Source of the DNA: an uncultured Syntrophales bacterium
GTDB lineage: Bacteria; Desulfobacterota; Syntrophia; Syntrophales; JAAYKM01
Reading direction: 5' to 3'
Assembly (NCBI GenBank): GCA_964541005.1
Contig: CAZIPU010000001.1
Coordinates: forward strand, 4,493-36,492
Length of the DNA stretch: 32,000 bases
The notes below the pieces were generated by a model, which was not told the DNA's origin, did not search any database, and saw only the letters and a program-made list of their open reading frames with translations. This document shows positions 17,017 to 24,779 of this stretch, in pieces. Positions within the stretch are counted from its first letter, which is position 1. Each line of letters opens with the position of its first letter. The position numbers were made by a program, and so were the translations under genes.

Positions 17017-18127
17017 TGATAAAACATTCGTGAGTACGACAGACGCCATAACCCTCCCAGGCGAGGAGAACGGGAAAAGAAAATGGAAGTTTTCAGAACT
17101 TCTGGCCGATCCGGAGGTGTCTTCACGATGGGAGAAGGTGCGTAAGTATTTCTTTCTCCGGGAATCGACGTATGACATGACGAATCGCTGCAACATTCGC
17201 TGCGACGGCTGTTATTACTATGAAGGGGAAAAACAGTTTGCCGTCGACAGCCGTGATCCCGAAGCGTGGCGCAAACTGATGCAGGACGAGAAATTCAGGG
17301 GGATCACCTATGTCGTTCTGGCCGGCGCGGAGCCTTCCCTGGTTCCGGAACTGCTTGAGGTCTGCTTCCGGGAAATGCCTCTGGGCAGCATCGCCACCAA
17401 CGGTTACGTCCGGATTCCCGAGAGCGTAGGTTACCGGATCCATATTTCCGTCTGGGGTAATGATGAAACGAGTGCCCGCGTCCGGGGTGCCAAAAACCTC
17501 CTGAAACGGCAGATCGAGAATTACGCCGGCGATTCCCGGGCCGTTTTTGTCTACACCTTCACCCGGGATAACATTGACGAAGTTTACGAGGTCATGGAAA
17601 CGATCGCTTCCCGGGATTGCCGGATGACCTTCAACATGTTTTCCTCCCCCGTAGGCTATACGGGAGGCCTTCGGCACGATACGGCATCGCTGCTCCGGGC
17701 CAGGCAAACGATGATGGATATCCTGACAAGGTACCCGGAGAACATCCTGTTTTCGCCTTATAACGTGGTGGCCCATACGGAGCCATATGGTCTCCATACC
17801 CTCTATGGGTGTTCTTACCCGAGGATGAACGGTTCCACCGATATCGGCCTGGGCCGATCCTTCCGCCAGTACCGGTCGGATCTTTCCTGGGATCGAAGCG
17901 TGGCCTGCTGCGTACCCGATACGGACTGCGAAGACTGCCGGCACTATGCTTCCGGCAGTGCCGTGGTGACGGCCCGCCTCTACCGCCATGTGACCGATCC
18001 GGAAACATTCCGTTCCTGGCTGGACTATGTGGATACCTATCTGGCCGTCTGGGTAATGGGTTACGATAAGGGAGAAAACCTCTGCCGTACATTGATCGAA
18101 CCGCCCGGGAAACCGGACTCAATTTGA
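16991..18127 (+). CDS. Radical SAM enzyme, no B12 domain, C-terminal Cys-rich motif (paralog A)
   Basis: 378 aa. STYDMTNRCNIRCDGCYYY (CxxxCxxC, about nt 17189-17212), VVLAGAEPSL, C-terminal VACCVPDTDCEDCRHY. The start could be ATG 16991 (overlapping ACP-3) or GTG 17030. Confidence 0.85.
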   Translation: MSNRSSGRNDKTFVSTTDAITLPGEENGKRKWKFSELLADPEVSSRWEKVRKYFFLRESTYDMTNRCNIRCDGCYYYEGEKQFAVDSRDPEAWRKLMQDEKFRGITYVVLAGAEPSLVPELLEVCFREMPLGSIATNGYVRIPESVGYRIHISVWGNDETSARVRGAKNLLKRQIENYAGDSRAVFVYTFTRDNIDEVYEVMETIASRDCRMTFNMFSSPVGYTGGLRHDTASLLRARQTMMDILTRYPENILFSPYNVVAHTEPYGLHTLYGCSYPRMNGSTDIGLGRSFRQYRSDLSWDRSVACCVPDTDCEDCRHYASGSAVVTARLYRHVTDPETFRSWLDYVDTYLAVWVMGYDKGENLCRTLIEPPGKPDSI

Positions 18128-18185
18128 AAAACAGGGTTGTCGTTTCCATTCTGGGGGACGACGGGGGGAAAACGAGAAAAATTAT

Positions 18186-19184
18186 ATGAAAACGGTCAGT
18201 TCCTTACTTGATGAAGCCTGGCATGAGCGCTACCGGAAAATCGCCAGCCTGAATATCCGCAGTTCCATCTACGATGTGACCAACCGCTGTAACCTGCGCT
18301 GCAAGGGGTGTTTCTTCTTTTCCTCCAATGAGCACGAAGCCGCTCAGGAGGAGATGGATATAAACAAGTGGTATGACTTTATCGGCCGGGAGAAGGCGCG
18401 GGGAGTCAACCTGGCCATCCTGATCGGCGGTGAACCGACCCTGTACCTGGACCGGGTTGAAGCCTTTTATCGGCAGCTTCCCACGTACTGCGCCACCAAC
18501 GGGCAGATCAAAATCCCCCGCGACCGCTTCCCTGACATGATGGTGGGCATCTCCCTGTGGGGGGACGAGGAAGACGAGAAAACCCTCCGGGGGAAAGACA
18601 CGTTCGCCGTTTCCCGGCGACATTACGAAGGTGACCCCCACACCTACTATCTTTACACGATCACGGCAAAACAGGTCGGACGCATCGAATCGGTCGTCCG
18701 TAAAATAGCCGATGCGGGTCTTAAGGTCCATTTCCAGCTTCTGACGAACGATGAACAGGTGGACGGATTCTCCTGGAGCGAGGACAAGCTGCGCGACATT
18801 CGAAGTGAAATGGATGAAATGCTTGACCGCTATCCCCGGACGGTTGTTTCCTGCCGGTATTATCACGAAATCATCACCACGGGGAAAATGATGGGACGGC
18901 CTTTCGGCTGGAACGAGTGCCCCTCCGTGACGGAACAACTGGATACGCGGAATCCGCAACCCAAAAGACTCATCCGGTTCATCCGCTGGGCTTCCGATCT
19001 GAAGACCATGCACCGGTGCTGCACCTCCGAAACCCGGGACTGTTCGACCTGCAAGGACGGGGCGGCCCACATGAGCTGGGTCATGGTCAACAAGAGGGAT
19101 CATCTGCGTTCGACCCAAGACATCCAGAACTGGATCGAAGTCTACGAAATGTTTGCCAAACTGTACCGTTTTATCCCCTGGTAG
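18186..19184 (+). CDS. Radical SAM enzyme, no B12 domain, C-terminal Cys-rich motif (paralog B)
   Basis: 332 aa. SIYDVTNRCNLRCKGCFFF (about nt 18288-18311), ILIGGEPTL, C-terminal HRCCTSETRDCSTCKDG. Alignable by eye with the preceding gene along its length. Confidence 0.85.
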   Translation: MKTVSSLLDEAWHERYRKIASLNIRSSIYDVTNRCNLRCKGCFFFSSNEHEAAQEEMDINKWYDFIGREKARGVNLAILIGGEPTLYLDRVEAFYRQLPTYCATNGQIKIPRDRFPDMMVGISLWGDEEDEKTLRGKDTFAVSRRHYEGDPHTYYLYTITAKQVGRIESVVRKIADAGLKVHFQLLTNDEQVDGFSWSEDKLRDIRSEMDEMLDRYPRTVVSCRYYHEIITTGKMMGRPFGWNECPSVTEQLDTRNPQPKRLIRFIRWASDLKTMHRCCTSETRDCSTCKDGAAHMSWVMVNKRDHLRSTQDIQNWIEVYEMFAKLYRFIPW

Positions 19185-19193
19185 CCTCCCCTC

Positions 19194-20468
19194 ATGAGCG
19201 CTGCGGCAAGGATGGGAACGGGGCGAAAAAGGCCTGTCATACTCGGCTACGATGCCGTATCTCCCCTGGGGTTGGATCTGGCAGAGCAGTGGGAACGTGC
19301 ATCGAGGGGCGAAAGCGGAATAGGCCCCCTGACCCGTTTTCCCCTCCGGGACGGATTCCCGGTGAGAATCGCCGGGGAGGTGAAGGAGATCGACACGGGA
19401 GCCTATCCCTTTTTAGCCGCCCGGGATATGGTGCAGTGGACGTCGCCTCTGTTTAAGTACGCCATGCTGGTGGTTAACCGGGCCCTGGCGAAAAGCGGGA
19501 TCGAGATTACCCCCGCCATATCGCCCCGGGTGGCCATTACCTTCAGTTCCGCCATCGGCGGCCTTGACGCGGTTTTGAAGGCGGACCGGCTTCTTGTTTC
19601 CGGAGGGAAACTGCCCCATCCCTTCACCAATCCGAATTCCTGCATCAACATGGTGGGGGGAAAGGTATCGATCATGACCGGGGCGACGGGACCGATTACG
19701 TCAACCATCACCGCCTGCGCCACGGGGAGCACTTCCATGATCATGGGGGGGCTTCTGATCGACCAGGGGATGGCCGATGTCGTCATTTGCGGCGCCGTGG
19801 ATTTCCCCCTCGTCGAGCCCATCGTGGGAGGATTCGCCACGATGAACGGGGCCTACCGGCCGAAAGAAGGCCAGCCGGAGGAAGCGCCGGAAAGGGCCAG
19901 CCGGCCCTTTTCGCAGAACAGGCGCGGGTTTGTGGTCTCCGAGGGAGCAGGGTGTGTCATCATTGCCGGACGTGATTTCGCCGCGTCCCATGGTTTACAG
20001 TTTGACCTGGAAATGGCAGGATGGGCCATGACCTCCGACGCCCATCATTTTGTGGCGCCGAATCTCCAGACGGTTAGGCGCTGCATCTCCGAAAGTCTTG
20101 CCGACGCGGGTCTTCAGGTGTCGGAGATCAATGCGATCAACGCCCACGGCACGTCGACCAAAATCGGCGACAAAATCGAATGGGAGGCCCTGCGTGATGT
20201 TTTTGGCAGCCGCATTCCTCCCGTATCGGCCAACAAGTCCCAGACGGGGCATGCCATGGGGGCTTCTTCCGCCATTGAGTTAATTCTGGCCATGGAAGGA
20301 ATGAAGCGGGAGAGAGTTCTGCCGACGATCAATTACCGGCCGGACCCGGAGATACCCCTCGACTGCGTTCCCGAAGGGGCGCGGAAGCTGGAGCAGGAAT
20401 ACGTTCTGAAAAACGCGTTCGGATTTGGCGGCTGCAACGCCTGCCTGGTGTTGCGCAGGACCGGTTGA
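19194..20468 (+). CDS. Beta-ketoacyl-ACP synthase, KAS I/II type (KS-2)
   Basis: 424 aa. ITACATGSTSMIMG (Cys), INAHGTSTKIGD (His), NKSQTGHAMGASSAIE (Lys/His), NAFGFGGCNACLVL. Confidence 0.9.
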   Translation: MSAAARMGTGRKRPVILGYDAVSPLGLDLAEQWERASRGESGIGPLTRFPLRDGFPVRIAGEVKEIDTGAYPFLAARDMVQWTSPLFKYAMLVVNRALAKSGIEITPAISPRVAITFSSAIGGLDAVLKADRLLVSGGKLPHPFTNPNSCINMVGGKVSIMTGATGPITSTITACATGSTSMIMGGLLIDQGMADVVICGAVDFPLVEPIVGGFATMNGAYRPKEGQPEEAPERASRPFSQNRRGFVVSEGAGCVIIAGRDFAASHGLQFDLEMAGWAMTSDAHHFVAPNLQTVRRCISESLADAGLQVSEINAINAHGTSTKIGDKIEWEALRDVFGSRIPPVSANKSQTGHAMGASSAIELILAMEGMKRERVLPTINYRPDPEIPLDCVPEGARKLEQEYVLKNAFGFGGCNACLVLRRTG

Positions 20469-20502
20469 CCCATCATCGGAAAAGGGATCATACAATCGAA
20501 CT

Positions 20503-21768
20503 ATGAAGGCACCCAAGAACAGACGGGTTTTCGTTATCGGCTACGGCGCGGCCACGCCCCTGGGAAGGACTTTTTCCACGACCTGGGAGCGTGCGGTGAA
20601 AGCGGAGGCCGGTTTCCGCACGGTTACCCGCTGCCATGTCAAAACCCTGAGCCACGTCGTGGGTGAAATACCGGATTGGGATCCGCTGCACCTGGGCCTG
20701 GCCGATGAAAAGGAAGTCTATAACTGGAATGCGGCCTTTGTCATTCTGACGATGGCGGTCTGCCGGGAAGCGCTGGAACATGCGGGATTGATCATGGACA
20801 ACGGCGTCGCCCCGAAAACCGCCTGCCTGATCGGCTCCGCCATCAACGGCACCGACGCCTTCCGGTGCGCCGTGGAAAACCTGCGGGACAAGGGGCCCCT
20901 CAAGGTCAGTCCCTACCTGCTCCCCAACATCTGCGCCAATCTGCCTGCCGGTAAAGCCGGCATGGAACTGGGATTCACGGGACCTGTTTTTTCACCCCAG
21001 GGGGCGTGCGCATCCGCGAACTACGCCCTGGCCCTGGGCGCCCGGATGATCCGCGACGGCGACTGCGACTTTGCCCTTGCCGGGGGAGTCGATATGCCGA
21101 TCATTCCGGAGATCATTCACGGTTTCGCCAATATGAACGCGACCATCAAGATCCACCCCTACGACCGGGCCCATGACGATCCTTCACAGGCCTCCCGGCC
21201 CTTCAGCGTGGACCGGAAGGGCTTTGTCGTGGCCGAGGGAGCAGGGATTCTGGTACTGGCCGCCGAAGAGACATTGAAAACCCACGGGCTGCGACCCAGA
21301 GCCGAGGTCATGGGGATCGGCTGGAGTTCCGACGCACACCATTTCACACGGCCGAACAAGGTTACGGTCATCCGCGCCATCAGGAACGCGATCGATGACG
21401 CGGGTCTTTCCGTAGAAGATATCGGTTACATCAATGCCCACGGAACTTCCACCATGGCCGGTGACAGCACGGAGATCGATTGTCTGCAAACCGTTTTCGG
21501 TGACCGCCTGGAAAAGATCCCGATTTCATCGAACAAGTCTCAGATCGGCCATTCCCTGGGTGCCGCCGCGGCGGTTGAAAACGCCCTGACCATTGAGGGC
21601 ATGCAAAGGGGAATCATCCTGCCGACGGTCAATTACCTGGCTGACCCCGCTTTCAACGGTCTGGATTTTGTTCCGAACGAAGCCCGCCGGCAACATCATG
21701 AAATCGCCCTGTCGAATGCCTTCGGCTTCGGCGGAACCAACTGCTGCGTCGTTTTCCGGGGAGTCTAG
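20503..21768 (+). CDS. Beta-ketoacyl-ACP synthase, KAS I/II type (KS-3)
   Basis: Track ORF 20425..21768. I place the start at ATG 20503 (MKAPKNRRVFVIGYGAATPLG). PQGACASANYALALG (Cys), INAHGTSTMAGD (His), NKSQIGHSLGAAAAVE (His), NAFGFGGTNCCVVF. Confidence 0.9.
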   Translation: MKAPKNRRVFVIGYGAATPLGRTFSTTWERAVKAEAGFRTVTRCHVKTLSHVVGEIPDWDPLHLGLADEKEVYNWNAAFVILTMAVCREALEHAGLIMDNGVAPKTACLIGSAINGTDAFRCAVENLRDKGPLKVSPYLLPNICANLPAGKAGMELGFTGPVFSPQGACASANYALALGARMIRDGDCDFALAGGVDMPIIPEIIHGFANMNATIKIHPYDRAHDDPSQASRPFSVDRKGFVVAEGAGILVLAAEETLKTHGLRPRAEVMGIGWSSDAHHFTRPNKVTVIRAIRNAIDDAGLSVEDIGYINAHGTSTMAGDSTEIDCLQTVFGDRLEKIPISSNKSQIGHSLGAAAAVENALTIEGMQRGIILPTVNYLADPAFNGLDFVPNEARRQHHEIALSNAFGFGGTNCCVVFRGV

Positions 21769-22248
21769 ATGAAACCGAAACCGTTCAGGCCTGAGCTGCT
21801 CTACAAGAATTCCTGTTATGTCCGGGATCTTGAAACGGGATTTGTCTGGCACCGCTGTTCCCAGCGGACCCTGTACGCGGATACGGACCGCTCCGCCGTG
21901 GTCTACCACGCCAACTACCTGCGTTATTTCGAGTTCGGCCGGGCCTCTCTCATGCGGGACGCGGCCTATCCCTACCGGGAAATCGAGGAAAGCGGCTATG
22001 TCTATCCCATTATCGAACTGGGAATCACCTTCTGCGAGCCCCTGCGGTATGATGACCCCATGTTTGTCCACACCCGCCCGGCGGAGATCGAGCGGGTGAA
22101 ACTTCGATTTGACTACACGATCACCCATGCGGAATCGGGAGCGATTGTCTGTAAGGGATTCACAAGGCACTGCGCCTTAAATGCCCAGGGAAGACCCGTG
22201 GCAATCGATCCGAAAACGGTACACCTATGGAAAACATTTCCGGAGTAG
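21769..22248 (+). CDS. 4HBT/YbgC-type hot-dog acyl thioesterase (APE ApeK-like)
   Basis: 159 aa. YADTDRSAVVYHANYLRYFEFGR is the 4HBT catalytic Asp region. The ATG abuts the TAG of KS-3. Confidence 0.85.
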   Translation: MKPKPFRPELLYKNSCYVRDLETGFVWHRCSQRTLYADTDRSAVVYHANYLRYFEFGRASLMRDAAYPYREIEESGYVYPIIELGITFCEPLRYDDPMFVHTRPAEIERVKLRFDYTITHAESGAIVCKGFTRHCALNAQGRPVAIDPKTVHLWKTFPE

Positions 22249-22415
22249 ATTGGAAACAAGAATGCAAAAGGCGGAAGCAGGAAGGTGAAGGGGATGAGGC
22301 AGGTGAGAGAAGGGAAAGGATGTCGGCTGAAAGTTTCGAGACTTGATTGTCCGGCAAAAGACGCTTTAATTTGTGCTGTCAAAAGGAAAGAGCATTCGGG
22401 GGGATTGGAACCGAC

Positions 22416-22682
22416 ATGACACGTGAGGAAATCATTGATCACATCCTTCAGATCTTCCGGAAGGAATTCGAGATCGAAAACCCGGGGCTGGATGACAATC
22501 TTCGGGAAGAATACGAATTTGACAGTATCGATGCCGTGGAGTTGCTCCTCCAGATCGAAAAGATGCTGGGTTCCGAACTGACCCAGGAGGAAAAAAAGCA
22601 GGCCATGGAGATTCGGACCATCAACCAGGTCTGTGACTATATCGAGGGCCTCGCTCGTGCGAGGCAGGGTGTTTCAAGGTAA
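22416..22682 (+). CDS. Acyl carrier protein (ACP-4)
   Basis: Track ORF 22347..22682. I place the start at ATG 22416 (MTREEIIDHILQIF...), GGGGGA about 10 nt upstream. EYEFDSIDAVELLLQIEKMLG. Confidence 0.85.
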   Translation: MTREEIIDHILQIFRKEFEIENPGLDDNLREEYEFDSIDAVELLLQIEKMLGSELTQEEKKQAMEIRTINQVCDYIEGLARARQGVSR

Positions 22683-22757
22683 ATTGACGGCGGGATCCCC
22701 CCCTGCTCCACTTCGGGGAGGAATACGATCCCGCCGGTTCTGAATAGCGGACGTTCC

Positions 22758-23999
22758 ATGGAAAGAAGAGTTGTCATTACGGCGTGCTCCGCCATCACCC
22801 CCATCGGGCGGACCAAGGCGGAGATGCTCCACTGCCTGGCAAACGGCATCTCGGGAGTCAGACCCCTGAAAGAGGACGGCCTGTTGTCTTCTTTCATTCA
22901 TTCGAAGGTTTTCGGCACCGTCGATTATCCGATAACCTACGACTTCAGGCGTTCGTTCCGGAAGACGATGGGACCCGTGGCCTACTATGCCTGCCAGGTG
23001 GCGAAGGAAACCCTCGAAAGCTCGGGGCTCGATCAGAACTTTATCACCTCCGGCCGCCTGGGCGTCGCCTTCGGATCGACCCACGGCAGCCCCACGGTGC
23101 AGCGGGAAATATACAAGACCTTTTTCGGCGGCACCCAGAGTGACGTGAGGTCCATCGGCGCCGTCGATTACCTGAAATCCATGGTCCACACCACGGCGGT
23201 CAACATCACGAAGATGTTCGGCATCACGGGACGGGTCATTTCATCTTCCACGGCCTGCACGACGAGCAGCCAGTCCATCGGTTTCGGCTACGAGATGATC
23301 AAGTACGGCATGCAGGACGCCATGCTCTGCGGCGGTGCCGACGAATACGATACGACGACCGTCGCCGTTTTCGATAACCTCCTTGCCTGTTCGACGGCCT
23401 TCAACGACACGCCGGAGCGGACCCCCCGCCCGTTCGATGTGCAGCGGGACGGCCTGGTGGTGGGCGAAGGCGCCGGGGCGGTGCTCCTGGAAGAATACGA
23501 GCATGCCCGGAGAAGGGGCGCCGGGATCATGGGGGAGATCATCGGTTTTTCCTGCAACAACAACGGCGGCGACCTGATTCTGCCCAATCTTCATGGCATC
23601 ACCGAAACGATCCGGATCGGCCTGCGGGATGCGGGCATATCCGCCGGCGATGTCGATTTCATCAGCGCCCACGCCACGGGGACTAAAATGGGAGACGTCA
23701 TTGAGGCCCAGGCGATCCACAATGTTTACGGCGATCGTCCGCCCGTTATCGGTTTGAAGAGTTACATGGGCCACACCATGGGATCCTGCGGGGCCATCGA
23801 AACGATTATCCTGCTCCACCTGATGCGGGAAGGCTTTATCGTGCCGACCCTCAACTTAACGGAAGTCGACGAACGTTGCGCCATGATCCGTCACAGCCGC
23901 GAGGTGAAGGATTATCCGGTCCGGATCGCTGCGGTCCAGAATTTCGCCTTTGGCGGTGTGAACACGAACTTGTTCATTAGAAAAATAACCCAAGAGTGA
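22758..23999 (+). CDS. Beta-ketoacyl-ACP synthase, KAS I/II type (KS-4)
   Basis: 413 aa. RRVVITACSAITPIG, SSSTACTTSSQSIG (Cys), ISAHATGTKMGD (His), LKSYMGHTMGSCGAIE (His), NFAFGGVNTNLFI. Confidence 0.9.
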   Translation: MERRVVITACSAITPIGRTKAEMLHCLANGISGVRPLKEDGLLSSFIHSKVFGTVDYPITYDFRRSFRKTMGPVAYYACQVAKETLESSGLDQNFITSGRLGVAFGSTHGSPTVQREIYKTFFGGTQSDVRSIGAVDYLKSMVHTTAVNITKMFGITGRVISSSTACTTSSQSIGFGYEMIKYGMQDAMLCGGADEYDTTTVAVFDNLLACSTAFNDTPERTPRPFDVQRDGLVVGEGAGAVLLEEYEHARRRGAGIMGEIIGFSCNNNGGDLILPNLHGITETIRIGLRDAGISAGDVDFISAHATGTKMGDVIEAQAIHNVYGDRPPVIGLKSYMGHTMGSCGAIETIILLHLMREGFIVPTLNLTEVDERCAMIRHSREVKDYPVRIAAVQNFAFGGVNTNLFIRKITQE

Positions 24000-24017
24000 C
24001 TGATTCGGTGGCGCAAA

Positions 24018-24779
24018 ATGGTGAAAATCATGAATACCTTTATGGATTTTACCATTACGACAATCCTGTGGACATACTATATCGCCGGTTTTATCCTCGT
24101 CTTTTCCCCTTTTTATTTGTTCTCTTTTTTTCGCCGGGATAAAAAGGAAGCCGGCTTCCAGAAATTAAATCACATCTTCTTTAATAGTTTCTTCTCCCTT
24201 CTTCGAATCCTCGTTCCCAGGGTGACCTGGCGGGTGTCCGACGAGGTCCGCGCCATCCGATCCTCCGTCATCATTGCAAATCATCTTTCCTTTCTCGACC
24301 CGATCCTGTTCGTTTCCCTGTTTCCCCGGCAGAAGACCGTTGTCAAGAAAGATTATTTCCGCGTCCCCGTTTTCGGTTGGATCCTCAAAACATCCGGCTA
24401 TATTCCTGCCTTCACGGGAGATTCCGGAGCGGAGATTCTCCTTGAACAGGTAGAAAGAATGAAAGCCTACCTGGCGGAAGGGGGAAATCTGTTCATGTTC
24501 CCCGAGGGAACCCGCAGCCGCGACGGAAGGATCGGCTCCTTCGACCGGGGTGCCTTCCGCATCGCAAAGTTCTGCGATGTCCCCATCCGCGTCCTCGTGA
24601 TCCGCAATACCGGCCGGCTTTATCCCCCGGGGCGCATCCTCTTCAATACCTGCGAGCGTTTCACCATTTCCGTTGAAGCGGGGGGAACCCTGATGCCCGA
24701 TTACAAGGAGGAGACGATCTCGCTTTCCGCCGTCATGGCGGAGGCGCGAAAGCTGATGGAAGAGAGGACCAACCCGTGA
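24018..24779 (+). CDS. 1-acyl-sn-glycerol-3-phosphate acyltransferase family (PlsC-like LPLAT)
   Basis: 253 aa. N-terminal TM helix, IIANHLSFLDPILF (HX4D), FMFPEGTRSRDGRI (block III). Confidence 0.85.
   Translation: MVKIMNTFMDFTITTILWTYYIAGFILVFSPFYLFSFFRRDKKEAGFQKLNHIFFNSFFSLLRILVPRVTWRVSDEVRAIRSSVIIANHLSFLDPILFVSLFPRQKTVVKKDYFRVPVFGWILKTSGYIPAFTGDSGAEILLEQVERMKAYLAEGGNLFMFPEGTRSRDGRIGSFDRGAFRIAKFCDVPIRVLVIRNTGRLYPPGRILFNTCERFTISVEAGGTLMPDYKEETISLSAVMAEARKLMEERTNP

Noticed and set aside
17123-19118. Minus-strand ORFs of 288 aa (17123..17989) and 304 aa (18204..19118)
   Set aside because: Both are shadow ORFs opposite the two radical SAM paralogs. They have no motifs and overlap supported genes completely.
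12511-19184. Calling the radical SAM/desaturase genes ladderane biosynthesis genes
   Set aside because: The ladderane role of such genes was only a comparative-genomics hypothesis and has not been demonstrated. Similar sets occur in non-anammox bacteria, and nothing in this window (no hydrazine or anammox genes) indicates an anammox organism.
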